A stretch of 64,000 bases of DNA from Dendrobates tinctorius (lineage: Eukaryota). The stretch is from NCBI RefSeq assembly GCF_039654945.1, contig NW_027361688.1, positions 2,480,001 to 2,544,000 on the forward strand. The letters are read 5' to 3'. The position numbers were made by a program, and so were the translations under genes. Positions 36,850 through 49,571 of the stretch are shown here, piece after piece (positions within the stretch are counted from its first letter, which is position 1; the number at the start of each line of letters is the position of its first letter). The notes under the pieces were generated by a model. The model did no database searches and had not been told where the DNA came from. It saw only the letters and a list, made by a program, of their open reading frames with translations.

Positions 36850-37853
36850 TATGTCAGAGAAACCTGCATGTAATATCCTTGTAAATACATCCACATCTAC
36901 ATCATGTGTTATATTATGCACTCCCCCTGTGTCCTCCTCATCTCCCTCCTCCTCATGATCACACAAGTCAACTTTATTTCTCTAGGAAAGTCAGTGGATC
37001 CGTCATGTTACACAGCTCCTCAATGTGTCTCATCTCTCATCTTCTTGAACAGCTCGTCCTTCTTTATTTTCCAGCTTCTGGATCCCATCAGACAGTGACC
37101 GCGACACTTTCTCATCCTGCCTGGAGATCTCACTCTGGAACTTCATCTCCAGTTCATCCAGTCATCTCCTAATATCTATAAACTGGGCAGTGACTCTCGG
37201 CTTCTTCGGATGCTTTTTCTTGAGCTTTTCTCCTGTTCTCTTTCAGACTCTGGACTCTTTCCTCAGTTTTCCTTCTCCTTGAAGTCAGTTTTTGCAAAAA
37301 ATTTCTCAGATTCTTTTCTTTCTCTCTGAGGCCTCATCCAACATCTCCTCCTGGTGTCCCCGATGATGTGCGGCCAAACTGCAGAACACAGATACAAGCA
37401 GCGTCTTCAGTACAATAGTACTTTAAAAGTTCTCTCTGGATAGCGCATTTCCTTTTTCCCAGAGAAGTGCTGGGATCAGCGAGGACGTGTTCTGCTCCTT
37501 TGCTGTGAATTCCTAGGTGATTATCACACAGAGAAGCCTCACACAGCAGACAGGATCTAACAGCAGGTACAGGAGAGTGAATGCAATAAGTGCAGCGGAT
37601 CCTGGTGATCTCCGAAGTAGTTGGGATGTTCCTCCAAGTTACACAGAGTTGTGTTACTCGTCGGTACCGGCTGCTTTTGAAGCTGCGCTCTGCATTCAGG
37701 ACAGGAATAAACTCCAGACCCGTCCTGTGTATCCAGCACACAATCAATACAGTCCCGGCAGAAGTTGTGTCCACATCTCAGCATTACAGGATCTGTATAA
37801 AAGTACTTACAGATAGAGCAGTCCAGATCATATCTCAGATCAGCAGACACCAT
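36850..37853 (-). pseudogene. TRIM gene copy C, frameshifted and 3'-truncated (no B30.2)
   Basis: MVSADLRYDLDCSIC RING, then a frameshift after NTTLCNL. B-box and coiled-coil pieces lie in other frames, with the long-linker motif (HDVDVD..ILHAGFSD) at ~36855-36905. No PRY-SPRY sequence follows. Confidence 0.88.
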
Positions 37854-38325
37854 GGCTTCAGGATTTACAGGGAAAGGAAATGAAGGCGTATTTATAAGGC
37901 GTGTTCCCAAAAAAGTGACATTGCACATCCTAAGGCAGAGAGCTCTGTATTAACCCTATGATCTGCTAGATGAGAGCAAATGTCACGTCTATGATTTATA
38001 CTTATGGCTAAGAAGTTGAATTTTCGATTTTACATTCTGTCTACCTTTCCCCATTAGATTGCAAGATCCTGTGATCAGGATTGTTACTAGTTCTCTTCCT
38101 GATATTTATCTGTATTGCTGACAATTTTTATTTCTCTGCTATCCTCAATATACAATACTGTAATATACTCTATAGAAAAAAAAAGAATTGACCCACTACA
38201 TTGAATTCAGGTTTCTCAATCAAACTCATTATCTCTGACGTATAACATCCAGTCCCGTTGCCTCCAGTGTATAACATCCAGTCCCGTTGCTTCCGGTGTC
38301 TAACATCCAGTCCTATTCCCCCCCC

Positions 38326-38356
<31 letters not shown>

Positions 38357-38712
38357 GCTGACCATAAAGAGCTCACTGATACCAGGGCGGTCCTGTAATA
38401 AGAGCCATCAGTAATAAGTCCGTTCATGACATTTCTTTCCCACTATGCATGTAGATGATAAGCAAGCAAAACAAAGGAAATAAACCTTCATCTTCCTGAT
38501 GCAGGGACACACAGGTCGATGTTATGCTGTGAACCCTCCACCCAACGAGGGCCTCTCTTAGAGCTGCATCCTTCTACTGTGTCCAGCTGGGCAAGACCCT
38601 GCTCTACAGGGCCTCCCATGTCTGGCGAACACTGGACTCACTTCTTCCTTTCAGTCTCCCACAAATAGGTGTGGCCCACTTGGTTGCTGAACTGGATCTC
38701 AGAAGCCTCTAA

Positions 38713-39010
38713 GGCTGTGTGCACACGGTGCGGATTCTGCTGCGGATCCACAGCGTTTCTGGCCCTGTGGGTCCGCAGCAGTTTCTGCTGCGTTGTACAG
38801 TACCATTGTTTCCAATGGTAAAACCAAAAACGCTGTGCACAACCCGCGGGTTACAATCCGCAGCATGTCAAATTGTTTGTGCGGAATCCGCTGCAGTTTC
38901 ACATCTCCTCCATCGTAGAGTTGTGAAACCGCAGGTCTTTTTGACCTGCGGTTTTTCCAAAATCCGCGCGGAAAAATCCGCACCACCGAAAACTACGTGT
39001 GCACATAGCC
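38713..39010. mobile_element. MITE with TAA TSD
   Basis: TAA|ggctgtgtgcacacg ... cgtgtgcacatagcc|TAA. Confidence 0.85.
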
Positions 39011-40038
39011 TAAAGTTCCTTAATAGTTCTTGCTCCACACAAGGTCGGTCCCTCTCCAGACCTCTTCCCACTCTCCTACCAATAATCCTCCCCACGAATC
39101 TGGACCAATATATATGACCATTGTACATATTGTATCCATTAAGTGTAAAAGTGTGAAGGAATTACTCACATTTCTCTTTTTTTGGAATCTTTGGAATCAT
39201 TTTTGAAAATACGCAAGCTAACAATAAAAATAATCCGAGAGCCAATCACTGCTTTTCAACAGTGCTACTAACCTATTCAGCATGTGACCGCTGAGGCCGG
39301 TGATTGGTTGCAGTGGCCACATTATGCACGTGTGATCATTTCAGTAACTTCCGATTTGGACAACCCCCCAATCCAACCTTCTCATCCATTAGCCAACATG
39401 GACCAGTATGAAATTAACCTGTGTTTTTACCAAGATGTCTAGAGAGCTTGCTCTTTTTATTGAAAAAAAAAATATATTCATTACTAGATGACAATATGCT
39501 CTAACTCACAATGAACTAAAATGAGTAAAGGGTTATCCCCATAATGTCACTATTTGTCACAAAGCATAGTATAAGCATCACTATTATTGATATTTATTTC
39601 AAGCCCAACATTAGGTTTCTTACTTGTACCTAGTTGTATATTTCTTCTCCTTCTTCAAAGAACTGAATGGCGGTCCTATTCTTATCTGCTAAAACTACAT
39701 GCGCAGCAGCACCCTGCTTCTTCTCAGTGCTGCAGCCCCCTACCTCTGCTCTCCTGTGTATTTTTTGCTGTGTCGCACTGATAATTGGTGTGTGCCCTGT
39801 AATATTCGACTTTCATTATACATATAATTGATCACATATTTCAATTATCGATAGATTAATGCAATAGCAAAGGGTTTAATTCTTCATTTCTTCATAAATA
39901 ACAGACTTTTTAGTATTCATAAAAGTCATATAATCATATATTTTTATATAATAGACACTTTAGTACACATTTAATTTATATATTTCATATAAAAATATAT
40001 AGATATTATAGAAATTCACACTCAGCAGTAGGTACTCA

Positions 40039-40257
40039 GGCTAGTTTCACACTAGTGTATGGAGGAGCTGCGGAAGGATGCGGACTTCCTCCGTGAAGCT
40101 CCGCCCACTTTCAAGCCTCCTCCGTTCAGCTCCGCCTACGTCAGCATGCGCCTGCGTACCCTATCTTTAGCATTGGGCCATGCCGATGTATGCGGAGCTT
40201 CACGGAGGAAGTCCGCATCCCTCCGCAGCTCCTCCATACACTAGTGTGACACTAGCC
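40039..40257. mobile_element. Palindromic MITE
   Basis: ggctagtttcacactagtgtatggaggagctgcgga... / ...tccgcagctcctccatacactagtgtgacactagcc; flanks TCA / TTA. Confidence 0.85.
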
Positions 40258-40959
40258 TTAGCATAAGCACAGGTCTTGATGCAAAAACAAGGTGATTGGC
40301 ACAAGAAAATAAAAAAAATGCTTTTTTTCAGACTAAAACATATAATAAACCAAACAGTCATTTTGTCAGGGTACACATGGTGCATTAACACGGTTGTACT
40401 CACACCACAACACAGGCATTAGTTGCCTTCAGACAGTCAGTAAATCAACCCTGGCTTCTCTCCAGGTCCACTACCACAGAAGTGTTCACCTCTCAGACAG
40501 TTCACTTTTACTGGTCACTCACCAGCTCCAACACACAGACTGCTCAGCTTCCCTAGCTGACCTGTGAAGTCTCCTCTCAGAGAGACCCTGGTGTGTCTTG
40601 CCTCTCTCCCAGTTGACCCACTAATGTGAACACATGGTCTGGTTTTAGTCATACATAACCAGGTGTACATTATTAGACCCTCTATTGCTAGGTTTTAAGC
40701 CTGTTCTACGTAGCTTTTTTGCTATTACTACAAAATCTCTCCCTCTGCCCAAAATCGGGGGATGGGCACCATCTGCCAATAAACAGAGCTAATATGGCTT
40801 TAAATTGACCAGAGCGGGAGGCTCGTGCTTGATGACAAGAGGGTGATCGAGGAAGCAATGCTGGTTTCTGACTGGGCCAATTATGGAAAATGGTTCTCGA
40901 CTCTTGGCTCCTGGTGATCATAAATATAAATATATGTGTGTGTCTGTGTGTGAAGACAT

Positions 40960-41382
40960 AAAAAATGAGAACACTACAAGTTTGGGAAAAAAAATTTTCT
41001 TACAAATCTCCGAATTTTTTTCACTGCGTGAATATGAAAAAAAATATACATATTTGGTATCTTTGTACTCCTACTGACCTAAAAAATCATATTTACTGGT
41101 CTCCTTTACTGTATAGTGAACATGGTTAAGAAGATGCCCAAAAAACAATTGTGGAATTGCACTTCTTTTGCAATTTCATGGCACTTGGAATTTGTTCCCC
41201 TTTTCCAGTACACTATATGGTAAAATCAATGGTGTCATTCAAAAGTACAACTCGTCCCACAAAAAAAACAAGCCCTCATGCAACTATATTGACAGAAAAA
41301 TAAAAAAGTTATGGCTCTTGGAAGAAAGAGAGGAGAAAACGAAAACTCAAAAACGAAAACTCACAAGGTCATAAAGAGGTGA
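40960..41382. mobile_element. Fragment of a piggyBac-like non-autonomous family (related pieces at ~3500-4000, 18760-19100 and 63505-64000)
   Basis: Shares motifs with 20190-20460 (catatttggtatc, caactcgtcccacaaaaaaaacaagccctca, aaaataaaaaagttatggctct). Confidence 0.55.
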
Positions 41383-42078
41383 ATATTCACTACACCACTC
41401 ACCTCTCTGGCTGCCCAGTCCTCTTCATTTTGCCAAATCAAGCTTCTTCACTATAGACTAGGACTTCAGGCCATGTCCAGGCCTCACAGGTCACTGTGTG
41501 TTTTCAGGTTACAAAGCTGTGATGTCAACGTGTGCACCGTGACCTTATAAAGTGCAATGATGTCTGGGGCCTAAACATGGACGGACATCCTGGAATATGG
41601 TGATGAGCAGTGGAGTGGCCGGAGAGATGAGTGGTGAAGTATTAGTTTTTCTTTTCTATGAATGACTCTATGTCTCTTGTTCATAACCCAGGGACTGCCT
41701 GTAATGGGAACCCATAAATCCATATATTGAAAATCTATGTCATGATGGCTCCATAATTCATTATTGAAAAATTGTGTGCTAATAAGTCCAATGAGCAAAC
41801 CACAATCTCCACCTGATTGACAGCTCTCAGGCTCTCAATGTCCCCGCTTCCTGCAGGAGATGAAATCTCACACTGCTTAGTACTAGCTGCAGCTGTTGAT
41901 CAGGTTCTCGAATCACTCGGGCTCACGATATGTTTTACTCTTCTCGATTTCAAACTTTTAAAAACCATCATTCAGTCATTGTAACATGAATTTAGTAAAA
42001 ATACCGGCATTATCAGGCCTAACAGACAATCAATATATGCAGTGTGTATGGAGACTTCTGGCGACAAATCCACTTTAA

Positions 42079-43053
42079 GGCTGGGTTCACACGTAGCGGA
42101 ACTCTCGCGGAAATTACCGCGAGAATTTCGGAATTCCATTCCGCGGGAAAATCGCATTTTAAATTCCCGCGATTTTCCCGCGGAAAAACTAGCATTTTGC
42201 AAGCGTAATTAGCTTGCAGAATTGCTAGTGTTTTCCAAGCGATCTGTAGCATCGCTTGGAGAACTGATTGACAGGTTGGTCACACTCATCAAACATAGTG
42301 TTTGACGAGTGTGACCAACTTTTTACTATTGAGGCCGCCTATGCGGCCTTAATAGTAAAAGATAGAATGCAAATAATAATAATAATAAAAAAAAAAAAAA
42401 AAAAAAAAATATTGTTATTCTCACCTTCCGACGTCCCGCGCAGCCTTCCCGCCTCTCTCCACGCTCCCGGTCCCAGTAATCCTTTGCGACAATTACTGTG
42501 ATGACGTCAGTTCTCGCGGGATCACGACGTCTCACGGTCATTCGCGATGATGTCGCGCGAATGACCGCGAAACTTTGCGATCCCGCGAGAACGGACGTCA
42601 TCGCTTGCAAAGGCTTACTGGGACCGGGAGCGTGGAGAGAGGCGGGAAGGCTGCGCGGGACGTCGGAAAGTAAGAATAACAATATTTTTTTATTTTAAAT
42701 TCTATTTTTTACAGGGATATGGTACCCAAAGCCCGGAAGACAGTCTCCTCTCCTCCGGACCGTGGGTACCATCCGCAAATGTTCTGCTTACTTCTCGCAT
42801 GGTGTGCACAGCCACATGTGGAAAGTAAGCAGAACAATGCATTCCTATGGGTGCGGGATCACCGCGATTTCGCTAAATTAATGAGCATGCTGCGTTTTTT
42901 ACAGCGAAGCGATTCCGCCGCGGTAAAAACCGCAGCATTAGCACAGCATTGCGGAATCCCATAGGAATGCATGGGATGCTTACTTTCGCAGCAAAATCGC
43001 GCCGTTAAAACCGCCGCAGAAACACGAAAAAAACGCCACGCGTGAACTCAGCC
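42079..43053. mobile_element. MITE with TAA TSD and an internal ~270-bp palindrome
   Basis: TAA|ggctgggttcacacgt ... acgcgtgaactcagcc|TAA; internal inverted arms at 42410-42530 / 42570-42685. Confidence 0.85.
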
Positions 43054-43530
43054 TAAAAAGTAAAAAACAAAATGACATAATTATCCCAATGATTGAGCTC
43101 CATTTCTAATCCAAAGTTCTCCATTTTACAAATTGTATGTGATGTCATGATATGACGCTATTGTGACATCACATGATTACTGACAATTAGGGCATAAGAT
43201 GTCACATTATGTACAGTCTATAAACTGAAATGTTGAGGGATCAGGAATGTAAATAGTATACAGAATGAATACTTTGCTTTTGACAAAGGACTATCCTAGT
43301 TTAGGAAACCATGGCTGCTTTCTTTCAGTGCCACGTCTGTCCACAGGTAGTACGTGGTATTATAGCAGCTCAGATTCATTCACCTCAGTGAAGCAGGCCA
43401 GTAATGGCCAATGTCACTAGGAGACATCATCATGATCTTTTTAGCGAAAACTCCAAGAATTGTCTAAGAGGAAGAGGAGCAAGAACACTAAAGAAACCCA
43501 CCCTCCTGCTGTAACCTATAGTCGAAATTC

Positions 43531-45132
43531 TCACTTTGACATCTTTATAGAACTTTCCCATACAAATAATAGAGCATGAAGGGGCTCGGTGAAGACGGCA
43601 GTGAAGGTGTGTAATTGTCTGATGGGGTCACACAGCTCATAAAACGACAGCTGCCCGGCCTCATAATCCAGACATATCCTGAACCGATCACTGGAGATCT
43701 GGTGAGGTATCAGGATCAGTTTACGATCATGTATCACTGAATACTGATTATTATTCCCCGGCCCTTTATATAAACACCAGGACTTGTTATTTTCTCCAAT
43801 GAGTGACTGACGCATCCTCCTGTCTATACTGGGGTAACACATCCCCACATTCCACAGTCCTGATTTTCTGATCTCCACATCCCAGTAATGTCGTCCTGAG
43901 ATAAAACCCATCCTGCTCATCACCTGATAATAAAGGAATCTCTCTGCTGTTTCGGGACGATTCTGTCTTATTTCTGTCCAGGTCGCAGTTTTCAGGTCGT
44001 CTGATACAAGGACATTATTAGCAACCGTGTTTACGTCCAGTAATATGTCTGCAGGATCCTGTACATAGAAGGTCACATTTATATCTCTTATCATAGCAGA
44101 TAATGTGTGTGATATGTGTGAGATCAGATCCGCACCACGATCACCTCCATCATGTCCCCCTGTGTCCTCATCACCTCCATCATGTCCCCCTGTGTCCTCA
44201 TCATCTTCCTCCTCCTTAGGATCACACAAGTCACCGGTGTCTGGTTCCTGTAAGACAGTCAGTGGATCCGTCATGTTACACAGCTCCTCAATGTGCCTCA
44301 TCTTCCTGGACAGCTCGTCCTTCTTTATTTCCAGCTGACAGATCACATTGGACAGTGACAGTGACACCTGCTCTTCCTGCCTGGAGATCTCACTCAGGAC
44401 CTTCTTCTCCAGGTCCTCCAGACGTTTTCTGATGTATGTACACAGGGCAGTGACTCTCGCAGCTCCTCCAGATGCCTTTTCTAGAGCTTTTATCCTGTTC
44501 TCTTTCAGACACTTAACTCTTTCTTTGGTTTTCTTTCTCTTTGTGATCAGTTTCTGCAGAACATTTCTCAGATTTTTTTTCTTCTTCTCAGAGGCCTCCT
44601 CCAGCATCTCCACTCGATGTCCCCGATGTTCTCCGGCCAAACTGCAGGACACACAGATACAAGCAGCGTCCTCAGTACAATAGTACTTTAAAAGTTCTCT
44701 ATGGATGGAGCATTTCTTGTTTTCCAGAGAAGTGCTGGGATCAGTGAGGATGTGTTCTGGTCCTTTACTGTGAATTCTCAGGTGATTAACACACAGAGAA
44801 GCCTCGCAGTGTAGACAGGATCTAACAGCAGGTACCGGAGAGTGAATACAATAAGTGCAGCAGATCCCGGTGATCTCCTCCTGACGTGACTGAGTATTTA
44901 GGACATTTTCCACTAAATTACGCAGAGTTATGTTCCTCGTCAGTGCCGGACGCTTCTGAAACTCTTCTCTACATTCAGGACAGGAATAAACTCCAGACCC
45001 GTCCTGTGTATCCAGCACACGATCAATACAGACCCGGCAGAAGTTGTGTCCACATCTCAGCATTACAGGATCTGTATAAATGTTCTCACAGATGGAGCAG
45101 TCCAGCTTGTGTCTCAGATCAGAGGACGCCAT
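43531..45132 (-). CDS. TRIM E3 ubiquitin ligase copy D, intact, 533 aa (RING, B-box1, B-box2, coiled coil, 2 acidic repeats, short linker, B30.2)
   Basis: Uninterrupted ORF 43531-45135 with ATG at 45132. All RBCC and PRY-SPRY motifs are present (GRHYWDVEI, LDYEAGQLSFY, FTEPLH). Confidence 0.95.
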   Translation of the reverse strand: MASSDLRHKLDCSICENIYTDPVMLRCGHNFCRVCIDRVLDTQDGSGVYSCPECREEFQKRPALTRNITLRNLVENVLNTQSRQEEITGICCTYCIHSPVPAVRSCLHCEASLCVNHLRIHSKGPEHILTDPSTSLENKKCSIHRELLKYYCTEDAACICVSCSLAGEHRGHRVEMLEEASEKKKKNLRNVLQKLITKRKKTKERVKCLKENRIKALEKASGGAARVTALCTYIRKRLEDLEKKVLSEISRQEEQVSLSLSNVICQLEIKKDELSRKMRHIEELCNMTDPLTVLQEPDTGDLCDPKEEEDDEDTGGHDGGDEDTGGHDGGDRGADLISHISHTLSAMIRDINVTFYVQDPADILLDVNTVANNVLVSDDLKTATWTEIRQNRPETAERFLYYQVMSRMGFISGRHYWDVEIRKSGLWNVGMCYPSIDRRMRQSLIGENNKSWCLYKGPGNNNQYSVIHDRKLILIPHQISSDRFRICLDYEAGQLSFYELCDPIRQLHTFTAVFTEPLHALLFVWESSIKMSK

Positions 45133-45210
45133 CACTTCGGGTTTTACAGGAAAGGAAACATGAAGGCGTATTTATAAGGCGTGTTCCCAAAATAATGACA
45201 TTGCACAGCC
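45133..45210 (-). promoter_or_regulatory. Conserved proximal promoter block of the TRIM copies (TATA-like plus C/EBP-like motif); homologous blocks at 1539-1615, 37854-37930 and 56827-56905
   Basis: Minus strand TGTGCAATGTCA-N-GGGAACACGCCTTATAAATACGCCTTC lies ~40 nt upstream of the ATG and is conserved in copies C, D, E and partly A. Confidence 0.5.
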
Positions 45211-45921
45211 TAAGGCTATTAACCCTATGATCTGCTAAATGAGAACAAATGTCATGCCTATGATTTATATTTATGACGAAGAAGCTAAATTTTCCATTTT
45301 GCCTACTGTGACAGACAGAAGCTGCACTGTTGGTTTAGAATCATCCAGTAACTATAGGGGTTAAAATGGTTATAGCGGACACAGAGTAATTTGCTCAGCC
45401 ATCATTATTTTGTCCTGGACATCCAAGAGTAGGGTGCGTGCATGAGTGTGTCCTGTCAGACTCCAATCAGACAAGCTGTACAGACCAGTTCTTCTTGGGA
45501 AGCAATTGCTGTAATCATAGAAGCAGTCAGGACAGCCAGGAGCATCTTTATTACCTCAAGATAGAAGTGAGAGCTACAGCACCGGACTCATCCCCCTACC
45601 CCCAACCTCACTGCATGAGCAATGTACAGTTCTGCTTAGATCAAGACACTGTGCGTGAAGAGAAGTTATCTGTGAAGAGATTTTCATATATGTTGATGAA
45701 GCATTGCATGAAGAGAAGGTAGCAAACAAAGTTGCACTCTGTAGTGCTAAAGCATGTAAATATGAAATATATAAAATATGAATAGCAGTTCTGCTCTAGA
45801 TAATAAGAACAATTGGAGATACTTAGCACATAATTTGGCCAATTCATGAATGCCTAGCAGCCAACGACAAAGCGATCTCCGGTTTGCTGGGAACCTACAT
45901 ATCTAGTGTGAATATCTCTTA

Positions 45922-46315
45922 GTCTACTTTCAGATTTCCGTTTTGAAGCATCAGGCGCGATGCGGCGAAAAATGTAAAAACCGGATCCGGCGCCTGTTGC
46001 CACCGGATCTGGCTTTTTTCCCATAGACTTACATTATCGCCGCATTGCACCTGATGGCCATGCAGCGTGTCCGGCTTTTGCCGGAATCGGCAAAAAATGC
46101 CTGTCCGGCGTCTGCAAAAAAAGTTCCATGCAACGTTTTTTGACAGCGCCGGACCGCTTTTTTGCAGAGCGCATGCGCGAAGACTCTCTCTCCCTCTCCT
46201 GCACCGTATCTGGCAAAAACAGATGATCCGGCGGGCTGCGGCTTCTACCGGATCAGGTTTGACAACTTTTCGCCGCAGCCCACCGGATTTAAAAATCTGA
46301 AGTCTGAAAGTAGCC
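45922..46315. mobile_element. MITE with TTA TSD
   Basis: TTA|gtctactttcagattt ... aagtctgaaagtagcc|TTA. Confidence 0.8.
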
Positions 46316-46659
46316 TTAGGCTAAAGCCTGAATTTATGTGTAGGTAGGATCCTGCTACAATTAAAACCGCACTAGGCTGGAGAATGGAGTGCTCGGTCAG
46401 AGAGCTAATAAATAACAAAACAAGACTGTCACTTCCAAATCAGAAAACTGGTGTGTACAGGTGAGAACTAGGAGCAGCCGTCTCTATACATAACAAATAA
46501 ATTTGCACTCTGTAGTACTAAAAAGTAAATATAAATGCAACTTTGTTATATATAGAGATGGCTACACCTAGTTCGCACCTTTATACAGCAGATTTCTGAT
46601 TTTGAAGTGCCATTCAGTTTTTTGTTCTAGGAACAGGGTAAGACAGTGCGTTTATTGAC

Positions 46660-47610
46660 ATCATAGACTATTAGAGTTGTAAAGGACCTCAAGGGTCATC
46701 GTGTCTAACCAGCCACCCCCCACATGCAGTATTCAATAAACCATCTCAGATGTCTGTCCAGCCTCTGATTGATGTCTTCCTTTGAAGGAGAACTCACCAG
46801 TCACCACTTCTCGTGGCAACCTGTTCCACTCAATGATCACTTTCACTGTAAAAAAAAGTTTTCTCTAATATCTAATTTGTATCTTCTCCCTTTTGGGAGA
46901 AGATACAAGTTACAACTTAGCCTTCTATTTTACAAGCTAAACATTCCCAGATCCTCTAACTGTTCCTCGTAGGACATACTTTGCAGTCCGTTAACCTTCC
47001 TGGTCGCTCTTCTCTGAACTTGTTCCTATTTCTCAATGTCTTTTTTAAAATGTGTTGCCCAGAACTGGACACAGAATTCCAGATGTGGCCTAACCAAGTA
47101 GGAGTAGAGGAGGGTAATTACCTCATGTGATCTAGACTGTATGCTTCTCTTAATACATCATAGAACCGTTTGCCTTTTTTTGCTGCATCACGCTGTTGAC
47201 TCATGTGCAGTCTGTGATCTATTAGTATACCCAAGTCTTTTTCACACATACTGTTGCTTAGTTCTATTCCTCCCAATCTATAGATGTAATTTTTGTTTTT
47301 ATTGTCCAGATATAGAATCTTGCATTTCTCCCTGTAAAATATAATTATATTAGTTGCTGCCCATTGTTCAAGCTTATCTAGATTCTTCGGAATACTTTCT
47401 TTGTCTTCTCTAGTGTTAGCTATTTCTCCTAGCTTTGCATCGTCAGCAAATTTGATCAGTTTATCTTCAGTTCCTTTATCTAAATAATATATTATATACA
47501 TGTTGCACAACACTGGGGCCAGGACAGAGCCTTGTGGTACCCCACTTGAAATACTTTTCCAATAAAATGGGCAACCATGTATTACCAATCATAGAGTACG
47601 ATCACTGAGC
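46660..47610 (-). mobile_element. 5'-truncated CR1 LINE (reverse transcriptase C-terminal fragment)
   Basis: SGVPQGSVLAPVL...LIKFADDAKLG...EKDLGILID motifs; CR1-like 3' end (..tctatgat). Confidence 0.88.
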
Positions 47611-47639
47611 CATCAGCACAAACACTGCTTTCCCACCAG

Positions 47640-48030
47640 AAGCTTAATGACCACAAAGCAAAAGAAAATTACCTATCTGACTGCAGTGTGCCAGGTGTAA
47701 TATTTGGTGGAGGAGGAATATTGTTATGGGGCTGTGCTTAATGGTTTGGCAAGTCTCCTTACTGCTAGTGAAGGGAAGGAAGCCTTAACTCTACAGCATG
47801 CAAGCCACATTTGTAGCCTCTATTTTGGACATTTCCAACTTTGTGAGAACAGTTTTGGGTAAGGCCATCTTCTGTTTCAGCAAGACTGTGATCCAGTGCA
47901 CAAAATAAGGTGCATAGGGGCATGCTCCGGGGAGTTTCATGTTGAAGAACTTGAGTGTCAGTACAGATTTCGGACCTCAAGTCCATCCAAAACCTTTGGG
48001 ATGAACCTGAACTAAGATTGATAGCTAAGC
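47640..48030 (+). mobile_element. Old Tc1 transposase fragment
   Basis: Decayed FGGGGILLWGC, QQD.DPVHK and DLKSIQNLWDE motifs. Confidence 0.7.
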
Positions 48031-48378
48031 CATCTACACTATCATCATCTGACATCACAAAAGAAACCAATGGAGCACTAAACAGAGGAAGACATGATTT
48101 TGGGAAGGGTGGACCTTTAACTCCTGCAGCTTTGTTTGTATAGCGGTGTAGATCTTAAGCAAGAGTGATGTTGCTTGAAGAGGAAGGAGCACAGTATGTC
48201 TGTACCTGGTGTGTTACTGAGAGGACGGTAGGGCTTATATAGAGAAGGTAACTCTGTCTATCTCCCTCTTTGTCTCACCGGATGAACACTGAAGGAAACT
48301 TCTCTGCAGTGTCAAGGAGTACTGGGGTCATCACCTCACATTACAGATGATAGGAGCACATTCACCTCAGACATGGTG

Positions 48379-48722
48379 TACTAGTGTGGTATATCAACTC
48401 CTACAACATGCATGGAATCAATATTACCTCAAACATTCATGTAGCCGCCATGTTACCTCATGTGTTTGCTACAAGTTACCTTACACACTGCAGAGGCTGC
48501 TCCTGTGTGACCTCCCTGCAGACATGGCTGATATACTCCACATTCACCTTAGACATTATGTACTAGTGTAGTATCAGCTCCTGCATCATGCATGGAATCA
48601 ATATTTCCTCTGAAATTTATGGAGTCGCCATGTTTCCTCATGTGTCTGCTACAAGTTAGCTCACACACTGCAGAGGCCACTCCTGTGTGACCTCCCTGCA
48701 GACATGGCTTATTTAACACTCA
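48379..48722. repeat. Tandem duplication of a ~182-bp unit
   Basis: tactagtgt..catgcatggaatcaatatt..cctgtgtgacctccctgcagacatggct begins at 48379 and again at 48561. Confidence 0.85.
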
Positions 48723-49571
48723 TTACCGCTGTATTATAGAGTCTTCATGAGTTTTGGGTGCTGCTGACTGTATAATATGGGAAAAAGAGCTGTGAGCAGG
48801 TATCTGCAATGATACATACAGTGTGTGAGGGTGGAGCTGGGCAGCCACATATACTAGAAACATTGGTGAGAGGGGAGCAGTCTGGGGATGGTATATGTAT
48901 GATGATGAGAGGCTGCACTTCATGTCAGTGCTGTGTATACTGACCCTGCTGTGTGATGATTACCCTCCCTTTCCATTTATGGAGTCTGGTGACGTTTGTG
49001 TGACCCCATATCTGCTACATAGTGATAATGCTGTGTGTACAGATCCTGTGTATCCAGGCTACTCTATATATGTGGCATCTGGGTACAGGCTCCATCCATG
49101 TGCCGTATACTTAACCTGTACCACAGGATCTGTATACATGATATCACTCCTCACTATATATGTGGCATTTGTATGTGACCCTCATCTCTGCTATATACGG
49201 ATCATGCTGGGTGTAGAGATCCTGTGTCTCCAGGTTATTTCCCTGGCTGTACATATAATCTGCACATGACTTCCGTTCAGTGCTTTATTTCTGTAACTAT
49301 AGCAGCCTTTAGTCCTCTTATGTTACATGCTGTCCTGCCTGATATATCCATCCTTTTTCTGTATATTGTCTGCTTCGTATGTTTGCAGGATCGGTGTATA
49401 CCCACCAAGTGCTTATTTTATATTACCTAAGATGGTTGATAGCACAGGCCTGAGTAGATTACTGGAGCCTTATCGCATATGTTTTATCTTATATAAAATA
49501 AATATTTGGGGAGACCTTGCAGTTTTCTGCTCATCCACCTATGGCTGCAGGCAGCTTATACTAGACCTACA

